A DNA stretch of 64,000 nucleotides, from positions 26,416 to 90,415 of the forward strand of contig CAZBMD010000002.1 in the NCBI GenBank assembly GCA_964493325.1, written 5' to 3'. The notes beneath the pieces were generated by a model, which did no database searches, was not told where the DNA came from, and saw only the letters and a list, made by a program, of their open reading frames with translations. The first letter of the stretch is position 1. Every line of letters begins with the position of its first letter. This stretch comes from an uncultured Pseudomonadota bacterium. Its GTDB lineage: Bacteria > Babelota > Babeliae > Babelales > RVW-14. The position numbers and the translations under genes were made by a program. This document shows, one piece after another, positions 27,075 through 36,916 of the stretch.

Positions 27075-28673
27075 ATGGATAAAAAATTTCTAACAGCGGT
27101 GCTTCTTTCGGTTGTGACCGTTTACGGCATCCAGTATTTTATGGGCAAAAAGGGTGGAGCAGAGGTCGATCCTGGAGTTATTAACTTATCTGAACAACAG
27201 CACGCTCCTGGTCAGCCGATCAAAGTGCCAACAACACAAGATTTATACAAGCCACTCAACTTTGATGTTCAATTCCTTGAAAAAAAAGTTCCAGGCAATG
27301 AAGAAATTACTGAAATTGATACCAATTTTTGTAAATTAACTTTCTCTTCATACGGGGCAATTCTCCAGAGTATTGATTTTAAAGAACATCTGGGCAAGAG
27401 TAATCAGCCATTGCGAACTGTTTATACCAAAAGCGTTTTTGATGAAGCGCAACGTAAACTAGGTTGCTTTTTGGTGGCGCTAGACGGCCAGACTCCTTTC
27501 TTTTTCAAGCTAGTCGAAAAGACTATTGGTGAGAAAAAAAGTGAGCTTTCTTACAAGGCTGAAACTGATGATTGGATAATCATTAAGACATTTGGCATTT
27601 TCAAGGATAGCTATCAGATTGATGTTGCTCTCGATTTTAAGCCAAAATCTGATAAAGCAAAGCAAATAACGCCGCGCCTCTTTTTTGTTGCTCCACATAT
27701 TGCTGAAGTACCGGAAGATACTATCAGTATTATCACGTATAACGAATCATCTGACAGTATCGATAAACGAGATATTCAGAAAGATCAAAGTTCTGTCTGG
27801 TACTGGAAAGAAATGCGAACGATTTTTGGCGCTGAAGATAAGTACTTTCTTCATACTCTTCTCAGTGATCCTGCAAAATTTGTAAAACGTGCATCATTTG
27901 TTGTTCATAGCGCCCAGAGCGTTCAGCCAATGCTTGAGGGTTTTACAATTTCAGCAGAGCAAAAAGCAAATCTTTCGTTTTACATGGGACCAAAGGTCAT
28001 AGATCACCTTTCATTTGTAGATGAAAAACTGGAAGAAGTTCTTTCCTTTGGTTGGTTGTCATGGATCTGTAAAGTATTGCTCAAGTTGCTGCAGTGGATT
28101 TATGATTACGTTCACAATTATGGCATTGCGATTATTCTTTTGACTATCTTACTCAAGCTTCCATTTATGCCATTTTCCATGTATTCACGTAAAAAAATGG
28201 AACATTACCAAAAGTATCTGCCAACAATTAACAAAATTCGAGCAAAATACAAACATGACCTTGAGACGCAACAGCGCGAAGTTATGCAATTTCATCGAGA
28301 TCATAATATTTCACCAATGACTCAGATGATTGGGTGTTTGCCTCAATTACTACAAATACCCGTTTTATTTGGTTTGTATCGCGTTCTTATGAACTATTTA
28401 GATATTTATCAGGCTCCTTTTGTGGGATGGATTGTCGACCTTTCGGCAAAAGACCCATATTATATATTTCCAATATTGATGGGCTTGTCGATGTTATGGC
28501 AAGGAATGATGACAGCAGTTGCTGACGAAAAACAGCGTGTTATCTCTATTTTCATGGCAATCATCATGACAGTGGTATTTGCAAATTTCCCTGCAGGTTT
28601 GGTGATTTATTGGTTCATGAATAATATTCTCACTATTGGTGAAGATTATTTGCGAAGAATTATTTATTCATAA
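27075..28673 (+). CDS. yidC: Membrane protein insertase YidC
   Basis: 532 aa. N-terminal TM, large periplasmic domain, then a conserved core (YGIAIILLTILLKLPFMPFSMYSRKKM, QPKI-like region, NFPAGLVIYWFMNNILTIGE). Confidence 0.9.
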   Translation: MDKKFLTAVLLSVVTVYGIQYFMGKKGGAEVDPGVINLSEQQHAPGQPIKVPTTQDLYKPLNFDVQFLEKKVPGNEEITEIDTNFCKLTFSSYGAILQSIDFKEHLGKSNQPLRTVYTKSVFDEAQRKLGCFLVALDGQTPFFFKLVEKTIGEKKSELSYKAETDDWIIIKTFGIFKDSYQIDVALDFKPKSDKAKQITPRLFFVAPHIAEVPEDTISIITYNESSDSIDKRDIQKDQSSVWYWKEMRTIFGAEDKYFLHTLLSDPAKFVKRASFVVHSAQSVQPMLEGFTISAEQKANLSFYMGPKVIDHLSFVDEKLEEVLSFGWLSWICKVLLKLLQWIYDYVHNYGIAIILLTILLKLPFMPFSMYSRKKMEHYQKYLPTINKIRAKYKHDLETQQREVMQFHRDHNISPMTQMIGCLPQLLQIPVLFGLYRVLMNYLDIYQAPFVGWIVDLSAKDPYYIFPILMGLSMLWQGMMTAVADEKQRVISIFMAIIMTVVFANFPAGLVIYWFMNNILTIGEDYLRRIIYS

Positions 28674-28687
28674 GAGCGAGAGGGTTT

Positions 28688-29287
28688 ATGTTTGGTCAGT
28701 TGCCAGTGTTACAAAAGTTGGTTAGACAGCTTCAGCACATTCCATATCTAGCGTCAAAAAATGTTTACAAGGTTGCGGCCTATTTTTTGAAGAGCGATAT
28801 TAAAACTGTTGAACAGCTGTGTCGAACAATTTTGGAAGCAAAGCAAACAATCAAATTATGCTCTCGCTGCTTTACATGGACAGAGGGAATGGATATTTGT
28901 GGTATCTGTTCTTCCTCCCGTCGAGACTCTTCTGTGATCTGTGTTGTTGAAACATGGCATGATCTTTTGGCTATTGAAAAAGCTGGAGAGTATCAGGGGC
29001 ATTACCACGTTTTAGGCGGCTCGCTGTGCCCTTTGGAGGGTATAGGGCCAGATAACTTGAGGATTAATGAACTTGTTATTCGTATTGATGCAAGCATCAA
29101 AGAGTTGATTTTTGCAACCAATCCAACGCCAGAGGGTGAAGCAACAGCGAGTTATATTGCTACAAAAATTAGTCATGTACCAGTCTCAATTTCACGGCTT
29201 GCAAGTGGCGTGCCCATTGGCTCTAGTTTAGAGTTTATGGATCGGGTGACGATTGGTAAGGCATTGCAGGGTAGACGACCATTTTGA
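28688..29287 (+). CDS. recR: Recombination protein RecR
   Basis: HhH N-terminus, Cys4 zinc finger CSRCFTWTEGMDICGIC, and a Toprim domain (ICVVE..D..A). 199 aa. Confidence 0.9.
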   Translation: MFGQLPVLQKLVRQLQHIPYLASKNVYKVAAYFLKSDIKTVEQLCRTILEAKQTIKLCSRCFTWTEGMDICGICSSSRRDSSVICVVETWHDLLAIEKAGEYQGHYHVLGGSLCPLEGIGPDNLRINELVIRIDASIKELIFATNPTPEGEATASYIATKISHVPVSISRLASGVPIGSSLEFMDRVTIGKALQGRRPF

Positions 29288-31665
29288 AGCACACAGTGCC
29301 TATTAAAAAACTTTTTCTTTTTATCGTAAGCGTTGCCTTGCACGGCAGCGCTTACGCTCTGTTTAACAATATCGCATCGTCGGTAAAACAACTTTCTGTT
29401 AACAGTATTAGTCAGCATGTTCTGGATAAAGACCATGTTATTTTTCAAGGAGATGTTGAAGTTTTTGTCGATCAGAAGATACATCTGTGGGCTGACACGG
29501 TTGAGGTTGATAAGAAACTAAAAACGCTTACTGCATATGCCGATATTGGTAAAAGTATTGTTGTTGAAAATGATGAAGTCGTTATGCTTGCAACCAAAGT
29601 TTTTTTAGATATTGGAACAAAGACCGGGTACGTTGAGCAGGTCAAAGTGCACATCAATGAGGGTTATTTTTTAGCTGATCGTGCTCAAAAAGATGGTGAT
29701 GACTGGATAATGCACAAGGTGCTCTATACACCATGTGACGCTCCCCATCCTCATTGGCATTTTAAAGCAAGCAAAATGGCAATAGAAGGTAGCTATTTTA
29801 TTAAAGCTTCAAATATTCTTTTTAAGATAGGTCATGTACCCATTTTTATGTTTCCATGGATTATGTTTCCAATTCATGATGGTTCAAAAACGCGTGCTTC
29901 AGCTAAATCTGGTTTTTTGATCCCAAAATTTTCAATTGATTACGAATACGGATTGGGTATCAAGCAGGAATACTATAAATATTTTAGTCCTCACTGTGAT
30001 TCAACCCTTTCAGTGGATTGGCGTGATAAGCGAGGGCTTGTTTTATTTGATGAATTCCGTTGGGCTCGTGCGCCCGAAAATCATTTGCAGGTTAAAGCTC
30101 ATTACGCTATTGCGCGCGATTCATTTGTACAAAAACGCGGTAAAATTTTTAAAGCGACAGATCGGCGTTACTGGATTAACGCAGAAGATTTTAGATCGTC
30201 AGAAAAACTTTTTGATGGAGCGCTTGTCGCGAGTTTGCTGCGGCTTGATTTTGGAACTGATAAGAAGATTGGGTATCACTTTTTTAACAACATTGAGGGC
30301 GTGGATGATTCATTTCATAATAGTTTTCATGTTCGTTCGCTTTGGCAAAGACACCAGATAGAACTAAAAATTGATGACGAAAAAACAACCCGAAAAAAAT
30401 TTCTGGAATTAACTCAAGACGAACTAAGAAAGTGTCAGGTGAAGCCGTTACAGAATACGGTGATTGCTCAAAAAGAATTACTCGACCGTGTGGATGTTAT
30501 ACTTCTTCCTCACATTGAGTGGAATACAGCATATAAATCGTGGGGTAATATGATTGCTTACCGGCACGATTTTTTTATTGATCAGGGAACAGCTCGACAA
30601 GATGAGCGTGAAAAAATATATATAGCAGGTCAGCTTGTCAGTGATCAGCGTATTATCCCACGATGGTCAGCGGATGTTTTTCGGTTGAACTATCGTGGAG
30701 ACATTCGACAGTCTGTGCAGTGCAAAGGTAATACGTTGAGTTTGTGGATTGATCCGTATGTTCAGCTTCGCAGTCAACTTTTAGAGGATGCTCAATTTTC
30801 TAAAAATGTTTTCGAACGACGAGCTTTTGGTCGCGGCGGCTATCGATTATTTTTATCTTCCGGTGCTGAATGGTCTCTTCCAGAGGGAGTTGTTTCGAGC
30901 AACGATGGTTCATATCAGTATTTTTTACATCCACTTTTGAAGTGGGATTATTTACCAAAGTTTTATCAACAACACTGGGTTTATATGGATCGTTGGGATA
31001 GGGCATATCCAACGAACAAGTTAACTTTTCAACTTCGTAATAATATGCAGCTAAAAGATCTATCTGTTGATTTGAATGTGCGTCAGTCTTACGATTTTTA
31101 TAGCCGTTCTGATATTTTTCCTCTTGATCGTGCAGCTATTGATCAGCATATACAGCCCATTCGGTTTGACCTTTCTATGAACAAATCTCCTTATTCTCTG
31201 TTTGTTGCACAAGAGTATGAATGGCGCACTGGAAGACTTTTGCAATCTGAGATGCAGGTTAACTTTTCTCTTGATAAAATAAACCTGAGTGCTGGGTATT
31301 TATTTCAGGATCCTACTATGCAGGTGCAACGAGAGCTTCTTTCAAATATTCCTCATTTCGCTACACTGAGTGTCTCTTTTCCAGTATCTCGATGTGCAAT
31401 GATGCTTTATGATGGACAATTTTATTTAGAAAAATATCCTCATTTTTTTGATATTGCCCACGTTAAGCCATTACTCCATCGTATTCGTCTAGATTATGAT
31501 GGGCATTGTTGGGGTTTTTATATTGGATTTGAAGAGAAAAAATACCGAGAATATGGAAATTGGAAGAAAGAACGTGCAATTGTTTTTTGTTTACGATTGG
31601 AATCGTTAGGTTCATTTGCACAAAAATTTAGGCGCCCTCAATTTTTGAAATTTAATGGAAATTGA
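29284..31665 (+). CDS. lptD: LPS-assembly outer membrane protein LptD (OstA)
   Basis: TTG start overlapping the recR stop. Signal peptide, OstA-like N-terminal domain (VIFQGDVEVFVDQKIHLWADTVEVD..), then a large ~600-aa beta-barrel region. Confidence 0.75.
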   Translation: MKHTVPIKKLFLFIVSVALHGSAYALFNNIASSVKQLSVNSISQHVLDKDHVIFQGDVEVFVDQKIHLWADTVEVDKKLKTLTAYADIGKSIVVENDEVVMLATKVFLDIGTKTGYVEQVKVHINEGYFLADRAQKDGDDWIMHKVLYTPCDAPHPHWHFKASKMAIEGSYFIKASNILFKIGHVPIFMFPWIMFPIHDGSKTRASAKSGFLIPKFSIDYEYGLGIKQEYYKYFSPHCDSTLSVDWRDKRGLVLFDEFRWARAPENHLQVKAHYAIARDSFVQKRGKIFKATDRRYWINAEDFRSSEKLFDGALVASLLRLDFGTDKKIGYHFFNNIEGVDDSFHNSFHVRSLWQRHQIELKIDDEKTTRKKFLELTQDELRKCQVKPLQNTVIAQKELLDRVDVILLPHIEWNTAYKSWGNMIAYRHDFFIDQGTARQDEREKIYIAGQLVSDQRIIPRWSADVFRLNYRGDIRQSVQCKGNTLSLWIDPYVQLRSQLLEDAQFSKNVFERRAFGRGGYRLFLSSGAEWSLPEGVVSSNDGSYQYFLHPLLKWDYLPKFYQQHWVYMDRWDRAYPTNKLTFQLRNNMQLKDLSVDLNVRQSYDFYSRSDIFPLDRAAIDQHIQPIRFDLSMNKSPYSLFVAQEYEWRTGRLLQSEMQVNFSLDKINLSAGYLFQDPTMQVQRELLSNIPHFATLSVSFPVSRCAMMLYDGQFYLEKYPHFFDIAHVKPLLHRIRLDYDGHCWGFYIGFEEKKYREYGNWKKERAIVFCLRLESLGSFAQKFRRPQFLKFNGN

Positions 31666-31691
31666 GGAGTGTAGATTAAAAAAGGAGCTCT

Positions 31692-32987
31692 ATGATTTTT
31701 ATTCCACCAACAAATTTTAGTCTATTTAAACAACGAAGAAACCTTTTGCTTGAGCTTGTTCAAGAACAATATCCACAGGCTGAGCGGGGTTTTATTCTCT
31801 TGTTTGCAGGGTTTGAAGCTTCAGAGCGAACGCCGTTCCGGCAAGAGAGTTCATTTTATTATCTAACCGGTATTACTGAGCCTGCGGCCGTTCTTGCTAT
31901 CAGTCTTGATGGGCATGACGTGCTTTATCTGCCGCGGTATGGTGATGCACGTGAAAAGTGGGTCAATGTTTCGCTCAGGATTGGAGAGTCAGCAAAGCAT
32001 TATGAGATTGATGAAGTACGAGCGCTTGGTCAGCAAGAGCGTGGTTACAGCTTTATTCCTGAGTTTGAAAAGAATAAGTATGACGGATTATTGAGCGATT
32101 TGCATCAGTACCTGGATCAAGACTCATACGTTTTTACCCTGCTTGATGGAGCTACTGGTAGCTATCGTCTAGGCCGTCAATTATACGAAAAAATGTATCG
32201 TTGGCTGCCTATTTTGCACACAGCAACCAAAGATATATCTTCAATTGTTCATGAGATGCGTCGAACCAAAGATCAATATGAAGTTGATCAAATTTACAAG
32301 GCAGTGCAAGTGACTTCAATGGCGCAAAAAGCTGCTGCTCAGGGCATAGTTCCAGGGAGATTTGAATATCAGGTTCAAGCTGCATTGGAGTATTTGTTTA
32401 CCTATGTTGCTGCGGCTCAAAAAGCCTTTCCAAGTATTGTTGCTACGGGAAAAAACTCTACTATTTTACACTATACCGACAACTGCCAGCAAATTGGCGA
32501 CGATGATTTAGTTGTTGTTGATATCGGTGCTGAGTATGGGTTTTATGCTGCCGATCTGACTAGGACCTACCCATCTAACGGGACATTTTCTCCGCGACAA
32601 AAAGAGGTGTATCAAACTGTTCTTGATACGCAGTTGTATGTTGAATCTATTGCTCAACCCGGTATGTTTTTAAAAAATCCTGCACAACCGGAAAAATCAC
32701 TTCATCACCTTGCTATCAAATTTTTGCAGCAGCGTGGTTATGATAAATATTTTGTGCATGGCATTGGTCACTACATGGGTCTTGATGTGCATGATGTCGG
32801 TGATTATAATCTGCCACTCAGAGCTGGAGATGTTTTTACTATCGAGCCTGGCATCTATATTCCAGACGAAAAGCTTGGAGTGCGCATTGAGGATGATTAT
32901 GTCATGTCCGATGAAGGAGCTGTTTGTTTGAGCTTTGATTTGCCAAAGACAATTGAAGACATCGAAGAGTTTATGAAAAATACATAG
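31692..32987 (+). CDS. pepP: Xaa-Pro aminopeptidase (M24B)
   Basis: M24B metal-ligand blocks VVDIGAEYGFYAADLTRT, HGIGHYMGLDVHD, FTIEPGIY and RIEDD. Confidence 0.85.
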   Translation: MIFIPPTNFSLFKQRRNLLLELVQEQYPQAERGFILLFAGFEASERTPFRQESSFYYLTGITEPAAVLAISLDGHDVLYLPRYGDAREKWVNVSLRIGESAKHYEIDEVRALGQQERGYSFIPEFEKNKYDGLLSDLHQYLDQDSYVFTLLDGATGSYRLGRQLYEKMYRWLPILHTATKDISSIVHEMRRTKDQYEVDQIYKAVQVTSMAQKAAAQGIVPGRFEYQVQAALEYLFTYVAAAQKAFPSIVATGKNSTILHYTDNCQQIGDDDLVVVDIGAEYGFYAADLTRTYPSNGTFSPRQKEVYQTVLDTQLYVESIAQPGMFLKNPAQPEKSLHHLAIKFLQQRGYDKYFVHGIGHYMGLDVHDVGDYNLPLRAGDVFTIEPGIYIPDEKLGVRIEDDYVMSDEGAVCLSFDLPKTIEDIEEFMKNT

Positions 32988-33025
32988 TATTTTTTAAGAT
33001 TTAAAGGGAACCCAAGGGAGATAGA

Positions 33026-35317
33026 ATGAAGAGAGTAGTTCTTTTTTGTTGTCTTATGATGAGCCATGGAGTATTTGCTATGAATCGTTCAGTTCTGCCA
33101 CCAGCGCCAGAGCGAGTGGAACATGTCAAAGAGATTTTAGTGAAATTCAATCACGAAGTTGTAGATCTTTTTAATGGTCTTTCTGATGTTGAGCAAGCAT
33201 TTGTGGCGATGGTTTATCAAGCAAGTATTCCTTGGTACTCATTTGCGACCGATCAAATTCATCGATCTAGCCAAGACATCATTGATATTCTTAATGATAT
33301 TTTGAAGTATCAAAGTGAAATTAAAGATGCATGGAATAAGGAGTGGTTGAACCTTGAAGGTGTAGACGAAATCGATGATTTTCTTGCTCAAATTAGGCAA
33401 CTACTTATTTATGTTTTTTCTAATAACGGACTGTATTTTCTCAAAGAGCACGCCGATTCTAAGCGCACACCTGCTCGCCTAGGCTTATCACTGATAACGC
33501 CTAATAATCTTAAAGCTGTTTTGCGTTGTGTGCATCATAAAGGGTGTAGTGATATGATATTCATAGCGCAGCACACGGGTCCAGATATAGATGATATTTG
33601 GAATGACTTCGTGAAATTTTTTTTTGATGGGACATTTGAATCGACGTTGACGACAGATGGCAGCATTGCAAACAGTGCGGTTAATATCTATGGGCCAAAA
33701 GGTTTTCCTGCTGGTGATCATCGTAATTTTACAGATGAGGATTATAAACAATTTTTAGCGACGAATGTTCGGCATAACCCTTTGATTCATTATTACTCTG
33801 TTGATTACAACGAAGAAAGTGGTAATCGCGAGATATTTGCTGAGTCATTCCATGAGCGTTATAAAGAAAGTATCAAGATTTCAATAGGGTACCTTTCAAT
33901 GGCTCTGCGTCTTGCAGATGATCACCGTGAATATTTTGATGAGCACATGGTTGCCTGTCTTGGGTATCTGATTGATTTTTTAAAGACGGGAGACGAGAGG
34001 TGCTACGATGAATATTCCATCGCTTGGCTTAAAAGTAAGTCTCGAGTTGGCATTGAGATGGGATGGACCGAGGTTTATTACGATCCTATGGGTAATGTTG
34101 GATTTCCTCAAGCCGAAGTTACTATCGCCGATCCAGAAGCAGGGCTTGGTGCGATTATTGGGATGCTCCCTTCGATAGAGGAGCAATTACCCCTTCCGCC
34201 AGAATTTAAGCGAGATGTGCTTGGCAGTCAGGCTGCTTTTCCTAATGCGGAAGTGCGTCGACAAGTTTTTGGTATAGGCGGTCTTGGGCCTCTATCATCT
34301 ACAGCTGCTTATTGTTTGCCCAACAAAAGTGAGATTCGTTCTCTTTATGGAACTCGCCAAGTGATTTATCCTCCTGGTAAAAATATTCAGCGGCAGGTAA
34401 ATAATGATTTGACTAACAAGCTATTCTTTTTGCCCGAGCGCGCTGGGTGGTTTGCAAAGCATGATCCAGAGGCTTCAATCTTGCAAAAGTTGTGGTATGT
34501 GCATGTTGTACTGCATGAGACGCTTGGTCACGGGAGTGGACGTGTTGATAAACATACATTTGTTCCAGAAGATGATTTAACAGTTAATGGGATAACCTAT
34601 GAGGTTGGCGATCAGATACAGATAAATGAAAAAAATTGTTCACACTTCTTACGAGGCTATGGCAGTGCATTGGAAGAAATGCGTGCAGAAATCATAGCCT
34701 TGTACACATCTCTGGTGCATCTTGACCAGATCAAAGCTTGCAAACTTTTGGGTGATTGGGGTGACAAACTGAGCGATAAAGAACTTCAAGAGTGGCTGAT
34801 TTTTGACATGGCAAATACCGCTCTTCATCGCATGGTTCAGCAGAGTGATACAGCAACAGAAATTACCGGAGCTCATGCGCTCGCAAATTGTACTATTACC
34901 AATTATCTAGTGGACTGTGGCGGTATCGCCTATGAAGTGGCGCCGGTTGATATTAATGGTGTAGTGTATGATGTCGTGGGTATTAAGATTGTTGATCTTG
35001 ATCAGTCTATAGCTTCTGTTACAAAGTTAATGCAAGAAGTACAGCGTATTAAATCAACGGCAGATGGTGTTGCCGTTGAAAAACTGATCAACAGATTTGG
35101 TAAACCTCTTAATAGTAAGTTTATGAATATTTTAAAGGGCCACCAAAAAACTATTTCTGGAGACCTCAAGGCTACGGTGGTGATTCCTCCGCATTTAGAG
35201 CCCTTGTTAGGCATTGATGGTAACTGGACAGTGAAATCGTCGTGGCCAGAAGATTGTATTGATCTTTTAAATCGATGGACACTCCCAGATCCTAATATTC
35301 TTGATGAATTTGAATAA
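33026..35317 (+). CDS. Secreted M49 (dipeptidyl-peptidase III-like) zinc metallopeptidase
   Basis: Signal peptide MKRVVLFCCLMMSHGVFA. HETLGH (the HExxGH variant typical of M49) plus a downstream EEMRAE (EExRAE) second zinc motif. Confidence 0.7.
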   Translation: MKRVVLFCCLMMSHGVFAMNRSVLPPAPERVEHVKEILVKFNHEVVDLFNGLSDVEQAFVAMVYQASIPWYSFATDQIHRSSQDIIDILNDILKYQSEIKDAWNKEWLNLEGVDEIDDFLAQIRQLLIYVFSNNGLYFLKEHADSKRTPARLGLSLITPNNLKAVLRCVHHKGCSDMIFIAQHTGPDIDDIWNDFVKFFFDGTFESTLTTDGSIANSAVNIYGPKGFPAGDHRNFTDEDYKQFLATNVRHNPLIHYYSVDYNEESGNREIFAESFHERYKESIKISIGYLSMALRLADDHREYFDEHMVACLGYLIDFLKTGDERCYDEYSIAWLKSKSRVGIEMGWTEVYYDPMGNVGFPQAEVTIADPEAGLGAIIGMLPSIEEQLPLPPEFKRDVLGSQAAFPNAEVRRQVFGIGGLGPLSSTAAYCLPNKSEIRSLYGTRQVIYPPGKNIQRQVNNDLTNKLFFLPERAGWFAKHDPEASILQKLWYVHVVLHETLGHGSGRVDKHTFVPEDDLTVNGITYEVGDQIQINEKNCSHFLRGYGSALEEMRAEIIALYTSLVHLDQIKACKLLGDWGDKLSDKELQEWLIFDMANTALHRMVQQSDTATEITGAHALANCTITNYLVDCGGIAYEVAPVDINGVVYDVVGIKIVDLDQSIASVTKLMQEVQRIKSTADGVAVEKLINRFGKPLNSKFMNILKGHQKTISGDLKATVVIPPHLEPLLGIDGNWTVKSSWPEDCIDLLNRWTLPDPNILDEFE

Positions 35318-35494
35318 TTAAGTTAGGATTGCTGAATTGATCGGCGATCCTGACTATTTCACAGGGTATTACTTTGCTCTTTTGTACGCTTCCTTGAGTA
35401 AATTAGTTTGACCAGTGAGGGAATTTACTTTACAATTAAGGAAAATTTCATCGTTAAAATTTTATATGTTATGAAACAAAAGGTGACCAGAGCC

Positions 35495-35914
35495 ATGGAC
35501 ATGAACAAAGCGTTCCAGCTAAAAACACAAGACCGAGATCCAAAATGGCAGGTAATTGACGCTACTGATAAAGTATTGGGCCGTCTGTCTACTGAAATTG
35601 CAGATATTTTGCGCGGAAAAAACAAAGCAGAATACACACCTCATTGCGATGCTGGTGGATATGTTATTGTTACCAATTGCGAAAAAATTAAGTTGACTGG
35701 CAACAAGTGGAAAGACAAGATGTACGAGACCTATTCAGGTTGGCGCAGTGGTCTTAAAAAGACCGCAGCATGCGACGTTTTGAAAAAAGATCCTTCTCAT
35801 TTGATTCTTCATTCTGTCAAAGGAATGTTGCCTAAAAACAGACAAAGTGATCAGCTTATCAAGAAGCTCAAAGTGTATGCTGGAGCCCAGCACCCACACA
35901 AAGCTCAGATCTAA
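35495..35914 (+). CDS. rplM: 50S ribosomal protein L13
   Basis: ATG 35495 (AAGGTGA SD 8 nt upstream) gives MDMNKAFQLKTQDRDPKWQVIDATDKVLGRLSTEIA, a canonical L13 N-terminus. The track ORF is over-extended. Confidence 0.9.
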   Translation: MDMNKAFQLKTQDRDPKWQVIDATDKVLGRLSTEIADILRGKNKAEYTPHCDAGGYVIVTNCEKIKLTGNKWKDKMYETYSGWRSGLKKTAACDVLKKDPSHLILHSVKGMLPKNRQSDQLIKKLKVYAGAQHPHKAQI

Positions 35915-35940
35915 TAATTTAGAACATGAACTATTAAAAA

Positions 35941-35973
35941 GAAGCAGTACCGCAAAGTACTGCTTCTTTTTTT
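35941..35973 (+). terminator. Rho-independent terminator after rplM
   Basis: Perfect 10-bp stem gaagcagtac/gtactgcttc, loop cgcaaa, followed by a 7-nt T-run. Confidence 0.85.
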
Positions 35974-35991
35974 GCATCGAAAGTTCCATTC

Positions 35992-36849
35992 ATGCTATCT
36001 CAGCAAAAAACATTAAAAAAAGAACTTGTATTTAAGGGTATTGGAGTTCATTCTGGCGCTCCATCAACCATTCGTCTTAAACCAGCACCGTTCGATTCGG
36101 GCATTGTTTTCGTAAAAAATCAGAGCGCCGACCATATTATGCGAGTGGGAGATGTTATCCCCGAGGTTGCGATGCATGCAACGGTCATAAAATCAGGCTT
36201 CTGGGCGGTAAGTACGGTTGAACATCTCATGGCGGCTCTTTCTTTACTTGGTGTTGATAACGTAGAAATTGAGGTAGACGGCACTGAAATTCCCATTCTT
36301 GATGGAAGTGCGTTACCCTTTGTTCAAGGGATTTACGAAGTTGGTTTTGAATTACAAAGAGCCGAAAGTGCTTGGCTAACGCCTAAAGAGTTACTGACTT
36401 TTCAGGATAATCATGGGCGCCTGCTTGTTATTGAGCCTGCGCCGCAAGGCGAGCCTTCGTTGTTTATCGATTATAACGCTGGTTTTGTACACCCGCTCAA
36501 CGGGAGTTCGATTTTTAGTGGGCAGGTAACGCAAGATTTTTTCATTAATGAGATTGCTCCTGCGCGGACGTTTGGCAATCTTGAACAGTTTCCGTATCTG
36601 CGAGCACATGGACTTGCGCAAGGTTCATCACTGGGGAATACTGTAGTGATTGGAGATGGAGAGCTTTTAAATGATATGCGGCTTCCTAATGAGTGTGTTC
36701 GTCACAAATTTCTCGATTTATTGGGGGATTTGAGCCTACTTGGTAAGCGCCTTGCAGGACGAATTACTGCCCAAAAAACGGGTCATCAATTCAATAGGCT
36801 TGTAATTGAGCATTTTATTAACAATCCACAGCTCTGGGAACTGCGATAG
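35992..36849 (+). CDS. lpxC: UDP-3-O-acyl-N-acetylglucosamine deacetylase
   Basis: N-terminus QKTLKKELVFKGIGVHSGAPSTIRLKPA, TVEHLMAAL, and C-terminal HKFLDLLGDL..GH motifs characteristic of LpxC. Confidence 0.9.
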   Translation: MLSQQKTLKKELVFKGIGVHSGAPSTIRLKPAPFDSGIVFVKNQSADHIMRVGDVIPEVAMHATVIKSGFWAVSTVEHLMAALSLLGVDNVEIEVDGTEIPILDGSALPFVQGIYEVGFELQRAESAWLTPKELLTFQDNHGRLLVIEPAPQGEPSLFIDYNAGFVHPLNGSSIFSGQVTQDFFINEIAPARTFGNLEQFPYLRAHGLAQGSSLGNTVVIGDGELLNDMRLPNECVRHKFLDLLGDLSLLGKRLAGRITAQKTGHQFNRLVIEHFINNPQLWELR

Positions 36850-36883
36850 TGCCTTAGGCTTGTCGTATCCAGGCGTTTTATAG

Positions 36884-36912
36884 AAAAAAGGACCCGATAG
36901 GGCCCTTTTTTT
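36884..36912. terminator. Weak bidirectional terminator between lpxC and the EamA gene
   Basis: aaaaaaggacccgatagggcccttttttt: a short imperfect GC stem flanked by an A-run and a T-run between convergent genes. Confidence 0.4.
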
Positions 36913-36916
36913 AATT

